From contig JANNXA010000049.1 in the NCBI GenBank assembly GCA_031409275.1, positions 91,575 through 155,574 of the forward strand: a stretch of DNA of 64,000 nucleotides, in the 5' to 3' direction. Shown here in pieces: positions 39,685 to 49,055 of this stretch. Within the stretch, counting starts at the first letter, position 1. Each line of letters starts with the position of its first letter. The notes beneath the pieces are model-generated. The model saw only the letters and a program-made list of their open reading frames with translations. It had not been told where the DNA came from and did not search any database. Origin of the DNA: Planctomycetota bacterium (GTDB lineage Bacteria > Planctomycetota > B15-G4 > SIAN01). Made by a program: the position numbers and the translations under genes.

Positions 39685-41445
39685 GTGTCCTACCTCGTGC
39701 TCGCGCGCAAGTATCGGCCGGAGACCTTCGCCAAGGTCGTCGGCCAGGAACCGATCGCGCGCACGTTGCAGAACGCACTCAAGACCGGACGCCTCGCTCA
39801 CGCCTACCTCTTCACCGGTCCGCGCGGCGTCGGCAAGACCTCGATGGCGCGCATCCTGGCCAAGGCGCTCCTCTGCGAGCGCGGCCCGACTCCTGAGCCT
39901 TGCCTCGAGTGCAGCCGCTGCAAGGGCGTCGCGGCCGGCCACGAACTTGACGTGCTCGAGATCGACGGCGCGAGCAACCGCGGGATCGAGAACATCCGCG
40001 ATCTGCGCGAGTCGGTGCGCTATGCGGCCACCGGCGGCAAGTACAAGGTCTACATCGTCGACGAAGTGCACCAGATCACGCAGGACGCGTTCAACGCGTT
40101 CCTGAAGACGCTCGAAGAACCGCCGCCGAACGTGATCTTCGTTTTCGCGACCACCGAGCCGCGCAAGGTGCCCGAGACCATCCGTTCGCGCTGCCAGGAG
40201 TTCGAGTTCCGGCGCATCCCGGACGCCGCGATCGCCGGACACCTGCGCGACGTCTGCGCCGGCGAGGGCTTCACGTTGGCCAGCGGCCTCGATGCCGCCA
40301 TCGCGCGACGCGCGCGCGGCGGGTTGCGCGACGCGCTTTCGCTGTTGGACCAGTTGGCGGCGTTCGGCGCGGGCACGATCGGCCATGAGTCGTTCCAGGA
40401 GTTGACCGGCTACCTCGCGCCCGAGCGTGTGCGCGAGCTGTTCGATGCCGTGGTCGCGCGCGACGTGGCCGGCGCTTTCGCCTGGCTGGACGAGGCGCTG
40501 CGGCACGGCACTGCCGGCGCCGATCTGCTCGACCAATGGCTCGAGCATCTGCGCGCGCTGCTGCACGCGCGGGTCGCCAGCACCCGGCCGCCGGAACTCG
40601 CGGGAGTCAGCGCGGCCGCCCTCGAGGCGCAGACGCGTGCCCTGGACGAAACGCAGCTGATCGGCGCCATGCAGATCGTGATCGAGGCGCGGCGCACCCT
40701 GCGCGAGATCGAGGACGAGCGGTTGGTGCTCGAGATGGCGCTGGTCGAGCTCGTGCGAATCCGCGAGCTCGAATCGCTGCGCGATGCGGTCTCCGGGCTC
40801 GCGGGCACCCCCGTTGGTGCGCCTCGATCGTCGCCGGCGCCGCGCGCGGCGCTGTCGCCCTCGCCGCTCCCGGCCCCCGCGCCTGTCGCGCGCACGCCGG
40901 CATCGACTGCCGCACCCGCTGCGATTCCACCGGCGTCGGCGCAGGTTGCGATGCCAGCTCCGATCGCGCCGCCGGCGCCGGCTCCAGCGGCGCTCGCCAC
41001 CGCGCCGCTCGCTGCGCCTGTCGCGGCGCCTGTCGCGGCGCCACGTCCGCAGCCGGCGGCGCCAAGTGGAGCGGCCGCTGCTCCGGCCATCGACCCCGCG
41101 GCGCCGTTCGCCAGCCGCTTCGCGCTGCTTCGCGCGGCGCTTCAGCGCGAGGCGCCGTCGCTCGCCACTCTGCTCGACACGATCGTGCCGGTCCGTGAAG
41201 TGGGTGCGACCGTCTACGTTTCGGGCAAGCCAGGCGCCGCCGTTCCGGCTCTCCCCAACGCAAAGCTCGACGAAGCCACGCGACGACTCGGCCTCAAACT
41301 GTTCAAACAGGCCTGGCTGCTGCGACTGGATGTGGCGGTGGAACGTCCGGCCGGCGATGGACCGACGCCTGCACAGGCGCTCGTTCGGCAGCTAAAGGAC
41401 CGCTTTGGTGGTGAGGTCGTTTCCGGCAACGGCGAGGGCAAGTGA
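39685..41445 (+). CDS. dnaX: DNA polymerase III subunit gamma/tau
   Basis: YLVLARKYRP, GPRGVGKTS, EIDGASN, VDEVH, LKTLEEPP, SRCQ; long Pro/Ala linker. Confidence 0.96.
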   Translation: MSYLVLARKYRPETFAKVVGQEPIARTLQNALKTGRLAHAYLFTGPRGVGKTSMARILAKALLCERGPTPEPCLECSRCKGVAAGHELDVLEIDGASNRGIENIRDLRESVRYAATGGKYKVYIVDEVHQITQDAFNAFLKTLEEPPPNVIFVFATTEPRKVPETIRSRCQEFEFRRIPDAAIAGHLRDVCAGEGFTLASGLDAAIARRARGGLRDALSLLDQLAAFGAGTIGHESFQELTGYLAPERVRELFDAVVARDVAGAFAWLDEALRHGTAGADLLDQWLEHLRALLHARVASTRPPELAGVSAAALEAQTRALDETQLIGAMQIVIEARRTLREIEDERLVLEMALVELVRIRELESLRDAVSGLAGTPVGAPRSSPAPRAALSPSPLPAPAPVARTPASTAAPAAIPPASAQVAMPAPIAPPAPAPAALATAPLAAPVAAPVAAPRPQPAAPSGAAAAPAIDPAAPFASRFALLRAALQREAPSLATLLDTIVPVREVGATVYVSGKPGAAVPALPNAKLDEATRRLGLKLFKQAWLLRLDVAVERPAGDGPTPAQALVRQLKDRFGGEVVSGNGEGK

Positions 41446-41822
41446 TGACCGCAAAACGCGCCGCGAGCAGCGACGATGGCACGGGTGCCGGCAAAGCGGC
41501 GCAAGGCGGCGGTGAGCTCTCGGGCCTGTTGCGGCACGCCGAGGCTCTGCAACGCGAACTCGACAAGGCGCTCACCGACCTGAAGAGCGAGTCGGTCGAA
41601 GGGCGCGATGCCGCTCGGATGGCGACGGTGCGACTGGCGGGGGATGGCAGCGTCCAGGAGATCCGTCTGCAGTCGGCGCACCTCGACGACGCGGAGCGTC
41701 GCGCGTTGGAAGCGGCGCTCGCCGTCGCGATCCGCGCTGCGGTGGAGCGGCTCTTCGAACTGCGCCGGCAGCGTGCCACCGCTGTGACCAAGGGGCTGGC
41801 GCTCCCGGGGCTTTTCACCTGA
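41445..41822 (+). CDS. ybaB: YbaB/EbfC nucleoid-associated protein
   Basis: Between dnaX and recR; ALQRELDKA..VEG..VRLAGDG..GLALPGLF pattern. Confidence 0.8.
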   Translation: MTAKRAASSDDGTGAGKAAQGGGELSGLLRHAEALQRELDKALTDLKSESVEGRDAARMATVRLAGDGSVQEIRLQSAHLDDAERRALEAALAVAIRAAVERLFELRRQRATAVTKGLALPGLFT

Positions 41823-41976
41823 CGAGGTGCGCCCGCGGCCGCGACTTCGAGACGAATTCGCCGCTCCAAGCAAATCGCCTTCCGTGAGCCGTGCTCGGTC
41901 GCTAAGAGAGGCGGCGGTCGAGTGGTAGCAACCGGCGCGCCGTGCGTCGTCCGCTGCCCCGACTCACGAGGAGCGG

Positions 41977-42606
41977 ATGGCCTACCCGGAGGCGATGGGA
42001 AGACTGCTGCAGGAGCTCGAGAAGCTCCCCGGGGTCGGACCACGCACGGCCGAGCGGCTTGCCCACCACCTGTTGCGGCAGGGGCCTGCGGGAGCTCTCC
42101 CGCTCGCCCGTGCGATCGAAGAGGTCATCGCCTCGGTGCGCCCGTGCTCCACGTGCGGTCACCTCGCCGACTGCAACCCGTGCCCGATCTGCGCCGACCC
42201 GTCGCGGGATCGCCGCCGCATCCTCGTGGTCGAGCAGCCTCGCGACCTCGAAGCGCTCGAACGGGCCGGTTGGCGCGGCGTCTACCACGTCCTTCACGGA
42301 TCGCTGCGCGCCGACCACGCCGGCGCCGAGGACCTCCAGCTCGAACCGCTGCGACGTCGCATCGAGGCGGGCGACGTCGATGAACTCGTCCTCGGGACCG
42401 ATCCAGACTTCGAAGGGGACGGGACCGCGTTGCGGATCGCCGAGCTCGTGCGCCAGAGCCGACGCCCGGAGCTGCCGATCAGCCGGCTCGCGCGCGGCGT
42501 TCCGACCGGCTCTGCCATCGAGTACACCAACCCGGCGGTCCTCGCCGAGGCACTCTCCGAGCGGCGGACGCTCGCCCGCCCGGGCGCTCAGGAGGAGGCG
42601 CCTTGA
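41977..42606 (+). CDS. recR: Recombination mediator RecR
   Basis: LPGVGPRTAERLA HhH, CSTC..CPIC zinc finger, VVEQPRD, YHVLHG, SRLARGVPTG. Confidence 0.95.
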   Translation: MAYPEAMGRLLQELEKLPGVGPRTAERLAHHLLRQGPAGALPLARAIEEVIASVRPCSTCGHLADCNPCPICADPSRDRRRILVVEQPRDLEALERAGWRGVYHVLHGSLRADHAGAEDLQLEPLRRRIEAGDVDELVLGTDPDFEGDGTALRIAELVRQSRRPELPISRLARGVPTGSAIEYTNPAVLAEALSERRTLARPGAQEEAP

Positions 42607-44042
42607 GGCCGGAACTGATCCTCTCCCAGCGCCCCGAGTTGCGCCTGCAGCTCTCACCGCAGCTGATTCAGCGCATCGAGATCCTGCAGCTCAACGCGGC
42701 CGACCTGCTGGAACTCGTCGAGAACGAGGCGCTCACCAACGAAGCGCTGATCGCCGAAAAGCCGGCCTCGAGCCAGCCACCGGAGGAAAGCCCGGAGGCC
42801 GCCGCGCGCAAGGACGAGGCCGCCGCCGAGGGCAATCCCGACGACAGCGAGGCGCGGGTCGACCTCGACTACTGGAACGACGCCTACCGCGGCCGAGTGC
42901 GGCGCGCTGCCGGCGGCGACGACGACGACCCCAAGCGCGAAGCGATCGCCAACTCGCCGGCGCGCCCACGCACGCTTCAGGAGCACCTCGACGAGCAGAT
43001 CGAGGTCTCCGATGCGTCCGTCCCGGTGAAAGAGCTCGCGCGTTTCCTGGTGCAGAACCTCGATCGCAACGGCTGGCTGAAAGAGCCGCTCGGCGAGCTG
43101 ATCGTGCCGTTCCACGAACGCTTCACCCTCGATCACGCCGAGCAGGCGCTGAAGCTGGTGCAGTCGCTCGACCCGGCCGGAATCGGCGCGCGAACGCCCG
43201 CCGAGTGCCTGCTGCTGCAGGTGAAGGACGATCACCCGCTGGCGCCCTACCTGCGCCGGTTGATCGAGCACTCGCTCGAGGATCTCGCGCGCAATCGGCT
43301 GCCGAAGGTCGCGAAGGACCTCGGCGTCTCGGTCGAAGAAGTGAAGGAGCTCGCCGTCGTGCTGCGGCGCGCGTGCGACCCGTTCCCTGGCCGTCGCTTC
43401 GAACACGAGCCGTTGTGGCGCGTGCGGCCCGACGTCGTCGTGCAGAAGCAGGACGGCGAGTGGGTCATCACGCTGGCCGACGACTGGATGCCGCGCCTTT
43501 CGATCAATCCCGAGCGGTTGAAGCTGTTGCGCAGCAAGCTGCTCGGCGGCGAGCTGAAGAAACACCTGCGCCGCGACGTCGAGTCGGCGCGCTTCCTGAT
43601 CGAGAGCATCGAACAGCGCCGGCGCACGCTCGAGCGCGTCGCCATCGAGATCGTGAAGCGCCAGGGCGAGTACCTCGACCACGGCATCGACCACCTCAAA
43701 CCGCTCAAGATGCAGGAGATCGCCGACGAACTCGGCATCCACGTCTCGACGGTGAGCCGCGCCTTGAAGGGCAAGTACGTGCAGACGCCGCAGGGCGTGC
43801 AGGAGATGAAGGCCTTCTTCACCGGAGCGTCGCAGGGCACCGACGGCGTGGTCGAGTCGCGTTCGGGCGTCCGCGAGCGCGTGCGCGAACTCGTCGAGCA
43901 GGAAAGCAAGGCGAACCCGTTGTCGGACGAGGAGATCGTCGACAAGCTGAAGGCGATCGGACTCAACGTCGCGCGGCGCACGGTGACCAAGTACCGCAAG
44001 GCGTTGAAGATCCCGTCGTCGCGCCAACGGCGCGAGTACTGA
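42603..44042 (+). CDS. rpoN: RNA polymerase sigma-54 factor
   Basis: TTG overlapping recR stop; PQLIQRIEILQL, DPAGIGAR, HVSTVSR HTH, RpoN box ARRTVTKYR. Confidence 0.96.
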   Translation: MRPELILSQRPELRLQLSPQLIQRIEILQLNAADLLELVENEALTNEALIAEKPASSQPPEESPEAAARKDEAAAEGNPDDSEARVDLDYWNDAYRGRVRRAAGGDDDDPKREAIANSPARPRTLQEHLDEQIEVSDASVPVKELARFLVQNLDRNGWLKEPLGELIVPFHERFTLDHAEQALKLVQSLDPAGIGARTPAECLLLQVKDDHPLAPYLRRLIEHSLEDLARNRLPKVAKDLGVSVEEVKELAVVLRRACDPFPGRRFEHEPLWRVRPDVVVQKQDGEWVITLADDWMPRLSINPERLKLLRSKLLGGELKKHLRRDVESARFLIESIEQRRRTLERVAIEIVKRQGEYLDHGIDHLKPLKMQEIADELGIHVSTVSRALKGKYVQTPQGVQEMKAFFTGASQGTDGVVESRSGVRERVRELVEQESKANPLSDEEIVDKLKAIGLNVARRTVTKYRKALKIPSSRQRREY

Positions 44043-44046
44043 GCGG

Positions 44047-45339
44047 GTGGGGCGGACCGGCGCCAGCGCCGCGAGGCAGCGCCACTTCCTGCTGACCGTC
44101 GCCTACGACGGCGCCGAGTTCCACGGGTGGCAGCGCCAGGAGGAAGGGGCCACCGTCCAGGCGGCGATCGAGGAGACGCTTGAGCGGGTTCTGCGGCAGC
44201 CGATCGTGGTGCGCGGGTCGGGCCGCACCGATGCCGGCGTCCACGCTCTCGGCCAGCTCGTCGCGTTCGATGCCGTCACGCGTCTCGACGCCGCCGCCGT
44301 CCGGCGCGCATTGAACGGCCTCATGTCGGGCGCGGTGCGCATCGTCGCCGCGAGCGAGCACGACACGCCCATCGACCCGCGTCGACAGGCATGGCGCAAG
44401 ACCTACCTCTACCAGTTCCACGTCGGCGACCTGATGCCGCCCGATCGACGTCGCCATTTCGTGCTCGCCGGACCGACGCTCGACCTCGCCGCGATGCGGC
44501 GCGCCGCCGCGCACTTCGTCGGCGTGCATGACTTCACGAGCTTCGCGCGCGCGGAGGCGACGCGACGCGGCGCGGTGCGCCAGATCTTCGCGGTACGGGT
44601 CTGGCGCATCCCGAGCGGAGTCCGGCTCTTCTTTAGCGGCTCCGGGTTCCTGTACAACATGGTCCGGACGCTCGCCGCGGCGCTCCTCGAGGTCGGCCGC
44701 GGGCGCTGCGAGCCGGACGCCATCGCCGCGATGATCGCGGCGCGCGACCGCTTGCGGGTGCCCGCGACGCTCCCGGCGCGAGGGTTGTTGCTCTGGAGAG
44801 TGGACCTGCGCTTCCGAAGAGAGGAAAGTCCAGACGAAGCACCCGCCGCGCAGTGCGTCGCGGCAGGGATCGAGGCGACGGCGGTGCCGGAGCGAACTCC
44901 GGCGAGCGCTGGCCTCCGAGTGCGGGCAGAAAAAGGAAATCACGTGGCCATCTCGATCACGATCCGTCACGGCGACGCTTCTCCCGAGCTCACCGCGTTC
45001 GCGGAAGAGAAGTGCGCGCGGCTCGAGAAGTTCCTGCGCGATTCGCCGCGCATCGAATTCGTACTGGTGAAGGACCACACGACCTGGAGCGGTGAGGCGA
45101 TCCTCCACGGCTCGCGTCATCACGAGCGGCTGGTCGCAAAGGACTCCCACAGCGACCCGCATCACTGCGTCGAACTGCTGGTCGAGAAGCTCGTGCGGCA
45201 GCTCGAAAAGGGCAAGGAACGGCGCAAGGACCACCGCGGGCCAAGCCTTGGCGACGCGCCCGCCACGAAGGAGCCCGCCCCCGCCGACCTCCCGAGCTAC
45301 GAGGAGATCGTGCGCCGGAAGCTCGACGGACGCGAGTGA
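44047..45339 (+). CDS. truA: tRNA pseudouridine(38-40) synthase TruA, frame continuing without stop into HPF
   Basis: AYDGAEFHGWQ, SGRTDAGVHA, HDFTSF, GFLYNMVR, PARGLLL; TruA domain ends near 44814. Confidence 0.9.
   Translation: MGRTGASAARQRHFLLTVAYDGAEFHGWQRQEEGATVQAAIEETLERVLRQPIVVRGSGRTDAGVHALGQLVAFDAVTRLDAAAVRRALNGLMSGAVRIVAASEHDTPIDPRRQAWRKTYLYQFHVGDLMPPDRRRHFVLAGPTLDLAAMRRAAAHFVGVHDFTSFARAEATRRGAVRQIFAVRVWRIPSGVRLFFSGSGFLYNMVRTLAAALLEVGRGRCEPDAIAAMIAARDRLRVPATLPARGLLLWRVDLRFRREESPDEAPAAQCVAAGIEATAVPERTPASAGLRVRAEKGNHVAISITIRHGDASPELTAFAEEKCARLEKFLRDSPRIEFVLVKDHTTWSGEAILHGSRHHERLVAKDSHSDPHHCVELLVEKLVRQLEKGKERRKDHRGPSLGDAPATKEPAPADLPSYEEIVRRKLDGRE
44944..45339 (+). CDS. hpf: Ribosome hibernation factor HPF/RaiA (short form), in frame with truA
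   Basis: AAAGGA RBS then GTG; ISITIRH..AFAEEK..LEKF..VEKLVRQLEKGKERRKDH; rpoN-hpf-HPr synteny. Confidence 0.85.
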   Translation: MAISITIRHGDASPELTAFAEEKCARLEKFLRDSPRIEFVLVKDHTTWSGEAILHGSRHHERLVAKDSHSDPHHCVELLVEKLVRQLEKGKERRKDHRGPSLGDAPATKEPAPADLPSYEEIVRRKLDGRE

Positions 45340-45352
45340 GCGAGGCGCTCGA

Positions 45353-45625
45353 ATGGCGAAGGTCTCGCGATCGGCGACGCTCGTCAACGAGCACGGCCTC
45401 CACGCGCGCCCGATCAGCAAGCTGATCGAGGTCGCGCGTCGCCATCAGGCCGCACTGCAGATGCGTTGCGCGGGCAAGAGCGCCAACGGGCGGCGCATGC
45501 TGGAGATGCTGATGCTCGCGGCGCCGGCGGGATCGGTGATCGAGTTCGAAGCTGACGGCGACGATGCGCAAGCACTGGTGGACGCGCTCGTGGCGCTGGT
45601 CGAGGCGCGCTTCACCGAGGGTTGA
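45353..45625 (+). CDS. ptsH: HPr family phosphocarrier protein
   Basis: NEHGLHARP active-site His; MLMLAA..G..EADGDDA..F.E. Confidence 0.92.
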   Translation: MAKVSRSATLVNEHGLHARPISKLIEVARRHQAALQMRCAGKSANGRRMLEMLMLAAPAGSVIEFEADGDDAQALVDALVALVEARFTEG

Positions 45626-45829
45626 GCGCGGCGCGCGGCGCTGCGCCGCTCCTGGACGCGGGCTCTCCCCCGGGGCGAACGACTCGCTCCGGGGGGGGGG
45701 CGCTGCGCCGGTCGCGAACTCTCAGAGAGATTCGCGGACACGGCTCAAGGCGCCACCCCTGCGGGGACGAAGAGCGTTCCGATCCGGTCCGTCGCCGCTG
45801 CGCGCGCGACCCCGGAGACGGAGTCAGCG

Positions 45830-46852
45830 ATGGCCCTGTTCCGGCGCACCCCAACGCTGCTAGGGATCGACCTCGGCAGCGAGAGCATCAAGGCGGTCGA
45901 AGCGGTCAAGGAGAAGGACCGCCTGCGCGTGGTCGGCTTCGGCAAGGTGGAGCTGCCTTCGCCGGACGCTCGTGCCGACGCGTTGAACGACCTGCTGAAG
46001 CACTGCAACTTCAAGACTCGTCGCGTCGCGACCTCCGTGTCGGGACGCTCGGTCATCGTCCGCTACCTCAACATGGTGGACATCCCCGACGAGAACCTGA
46101 AGACCGCGATCCGCTTCGAGGCCGATCGCTACATCCCGTTCGACCTCGCCGAAGTGGTCCTCGACTGCCATCGCATCGAGGACGCGCCTGGCGTCGGTGC
46201 CAACGAGATGAAGCTGCTGCTGGTCGCCGTCAAGAAGGACGTCGTGCAGGAGCAGATCAAGTTGGTGACCGCGGCGGGACTGCAGCCCGAACTCGTGGAC
46301 GTCGACGCCTTCGCGCTCGGCAACGCGTTCGCGCTGGGCGGTCCGACCTACGAGATGGCGGCGGGCAAGGTGGTCGCGCTGGTCGACGTCGGCGCCACCA
46401 AGACCGTCGTCGACATCGTGCGCGGCGGCGAGAGCTACTTCACGCGCGAGGTCTACGTCGGCGGCAACGAGATCACGAACGCGATCGCGAAGCGCTTCGG
46501 CCTCGAGACGTTCGAGGGGGAGCAGCTGAAGCGCCAGCCGGCCAGTCGCGAACAGGAGATCGCCGAAGCGGTGCTCCCGAGCATCGAGGACCTCGGCAAC
46601 GAGATCCAGCTCTCCTTCGACTACTACGAGAACCAGTCGGACAGCAAGGTCGAGGACGTGTTCGTCAGCGGCGGCGGTTCGCGGGTGCCGGGCCTCGAAG
46701 AGACCTTCGAGCGCATCTTCGAACGCAAGACGATGACGTGGAACCCGCTCGAGGGCTTCGACCTCGACGAAGGGCTCGATCACCAGGCGCTGCTCGAGTG
46801 CGCACCGGCGCTCGGCGTCGCGGCGGGCCTCGCTGCGCGCGTGGGCACTTGA
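45830..46852 (+). CDS. pilM: Type IV pilus assembly protein PilM
   Basis: LGIDLGSESIK, EADRYIPF, VDVDAFAL, VDVGATKT, VSGGGS, GLAAR. Confidence 0.93.
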   Translation: MALFRRTPTLLGIDLGSESIKAVEAVKEKDRLRVVGFGKVELPSPDARADALNDLLKHCNFKTRRVATSVSGRSVIVRYLNMVDIPDENLKTAIRFEADRYIPFDLAEVVLDCHRIEDAPGVGANEMKLLLVAVKKDVVQEQIKLVTAAGLQPELVDVDAFALGNAFALGGPTYEMAAGKVVALVDVGATKTVVDIVRGGESYFTREVYVGGNEITNAIAKRFGLETFEGEQLKRQPASREQEIAEAVLPSIEDLGNEIQLSFDYYENQSDSKVEDVFVSGGGSRVPGLEETFERIFERKTMTWNPLEGFDLDEGLDHQALLECAPALGVAAGLAARVGT

Positions 46853-46865
46853 GGAGCATCGACCG

Positions 46866-47534
46866 ATGATCCTGATCAACCTCCTTCCGGACGAGATGCG
46901 CCGCACCAAGAGCAGCAGCCCGAAGGCGCTGGCCCTGGTGTTCGCCGCGTCGGTGCTCTGCTTCGGCGGGCTCGGGACCGCAGGTTTCCTGTGGTTCAAC
47001 GTGCGCGCCGACAAGCAGGGACGCGTCGACATCGCGCAGGAGCAGCTCGACAACCTCACGCCGCGCGCGAAGTACGCCGACACGCTCGCCAAGGAGAAGG
47101 CGGACTTCGAGAAGCGCAACAAGACCATCGGCGAGATCGCCGCGTCGCGCATCGTCTGGACCCGCAAGCTCGATCGGCTCGGCGAGATCGTCAGCCGCGA
47201 CTCGACCCAGCGCAGCCATCGCGTGTGGCTGCAGTCGATCGACATCGACAGCCGCGCCGATTCGAACAACGGCGGCGTCGAGCTGAAGGGCAGCTCCGCC
47301 GGCTCCGACCTCGACGGCGTGTCGAACTTCCACGAGGACTTGAAGAACGACCCGGTCTTCGCCGAGGGCTTCGTGGCCTACACCTCGCCGCAGAGCAAGC
47401 TCGGCGACGAGGACGACGACTTCGAGCCGCCGCAGAAGCGCGACTTCCAGTTCGCCGTGAAGCTGCCGGTGAAGGACAAGAAGCGGGCCGCGCCGAAGAA
47501 GCCGGCGCCCGCCGTCAAGCCGGCCGGTTCGTGA
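46866..47534 (+). CDS. pilN: Type IV pilus assembly protein PilN
   Basis: N-terminal INLLP motif, TM, coiled coil, VWLQSI. Confidence 0.88.
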   Translation: MILINLLPDEMRRTKSSSPKALALVFAASVLCFGGLGTAGFLWFNVRADKQGRVDIAQEQLDNLTPRAKYADTLAKEKADFEKRNKTIGEIAASRIVWTRKLDRLGEIVSRDSTQRSHRVWLQSIDIDSRADSNNGGVELKGSSAGSDLDGVSNFHEDLKNDPVFAEGFVAYTSPQSKLGDEDDDFEPPQKRDFQFAVKLPVKDKKRAAPKKPAPAVKPAGS

Positions 47535-47556
47535 ACAGAAGCGGGGAGAAAGACGC

Positions 47557-48969
47557 GTGAAGCGGAAACTCGAACTCCACCGCCAGCACAAGGCCTTCCT
47601 GGCCTTCGCCGGCTTGCTTTTCCTCGGCTCCGCTGCGGGGTCGTGGTTCACATGGAAGGAATGCGAAGAGCTCGACGAGCAGGCGGGGGTCCTGAGCGAG
47701 CAGGTCGCCACGTCGAAGAAGCGGATCTCCGGGATCGATGACCTCGAAGCCGAAGTGATCGTGCTGCGCGAGAACGTCGAGGCCTACATCCGGATCCTGC
47801 CGGACGACACCGAGGTCAACGACTTCTTCCGTACGATCGACTCCTTCCGGCGCGACTCCGGCATCACCATCGACGAGCTCAAGCCGCAGGCGAACCGCAG
47901 CAAGCTCACCACGTCGCAGGTGTTCGACAAGGCCGAATACAAGCTCAAGTTCACCGCCACGTTCCGCCAACTGCTGCAGTTCATCGCGCGGCTCGAGAAC
48001 CACGAGCGATTCGTCAGCATCTCCGAGGTTCGCATCAAGGCGGGCACGGTCGACGAGAAGGCCGCCGGAGATCCGGTCCATGACGTCGACCTGACCCTCG
48101 TCACCTACGTCTACCTCGGCGATGACCTCAGCAAGACCGTCACGATCCCGGCGTACGAGCGCAAGCGCGAGCGTCTCGCCGAGCGCGTGGCCGAGGCGCG
48201 CGAAGAGCTCGCTCTCGAGCGGTTCCAGCTGCTCTCCGACGCCGTGCGCCGCGATCCGATGGTCGATCCGCGCGTGCGCCGCTCGAAGGCGGGTGACGGC
48301 GCGCCGGGCATCGAGGACCAGCGCGCGATGTTCAATCGCGTCGTCGCGCGGCTGCAGGAGGCGGGCGGCCTGCTCGATCTCCTGAACGGAACGCAGAACG
48401 TGATCCGCGAGATGGAGCTGCGCGTGCAGGCGATCCAGCTCGTCGCCGAGCTGCAGAGCCAGGTCGAAGATGTCGCGACGCGCGGCGGCTTCACGGATCC
48501 CACGATGAAGCGCGACTGGGAGAAGAAGGTGCTGCCGGATTTCGCGAAGCTGCGCGATCGCGTCGGCGGCAGCACGATCGAGCCGGTCGCGTCGCGTCCG
48601 CTGCAGCTGCAGCAGGCGCTGGTGCAGATGGAACAGCACTACGAGAGCGGCGACTACGTGGCCTGCGTGAAGGACTTCGAGCTGGTGCGCGGCAGCGGAT
48701 CGGCCGACTCGGCCGATCCGAAGGTGGTCGAGCTCGAGCGACGCATGGAGCAGATCTACCTCGCCGCGCAGACCGCGGTCGAGTTCGGCAAGAAGAAGCT
48801 CTCCGTGTCGGGACTCGTCGTCGAGCCCGGCGCGGAGTCGGTCGCGATCATCAATCACACGGTGTATCGCGCCGGGGAGGCGATCGAGGACGACCTGGTG
48901 CTGCTCGAGATCCACGAGGACCGCCTCGTGTTCGAGTACCGAGGCGTCCCGCTCACCTTCGACCTCTGA
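47557..48969 (+). CDS. pilO: PilO-like protein with long C-terminal extension (possible PilO-PilP/HR fusion)
   Basis: TM, coiled coil, ILPDDTEV, FRQLLQFIARLENHERFVSI; C-terminal RDPM and VAIINHTVYRAGE..LEIHEDRLVF. Confidence 0.75.
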   Translation: MKRKLELHRQHKAFLAFAGLLFLGSAAGSWFTWKECEELDEQAGVLSEQVATSKKRISGIDDLEAEVIVLRENVEAYIRILPDDTEVNDFFRTIDSFRRDSGITIDELKPQANRSKLTTSQVFDKAEYKLKFTATFRQLLQFIARLENHERFVSISEVRIKAGTVDEKAAGDPVHDVDLTLVTYVYLGDDLSKTVTIPAYERKRERLAERVAEAREELALERFQLLSDAVRRDPMVDPRVRRSKAGDGAPGIEDQRAMFNRVVARLQEAGGLLDLLNGTQNVIREMELRVQAIQLVAELQSQVEDVATRGGFTDPTMKRDWEKKVLPDFAKLRDRVGGSTIEPVASRPLQLQQALVQMEQHYESGDYVACVKDFELVRGSGSADSADPKVVELERRMEQIYLAAQTAVEFGKKKLSVSGLVVEPGAESVAIINHTVYRAGEAIEDDLVLLEIHEDRLVFEYRGVPLTFDL

Positions 48970-49055
48970 GAGCGACGAAGAAGGAACCCACCCGCGGTCG
49001 CATGCGCGGCCGGACAGGAAGAAGGAGGGCCGAAGCGGCCCGGGAGAGAAGCGGA

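Noticed and set aside
39685..41445. Programmed frameshift producing DnaX gamma
   Set aside because: No AAAAAAG or long A-run slippery site seen; the Pro/Ala linker is ordinary.
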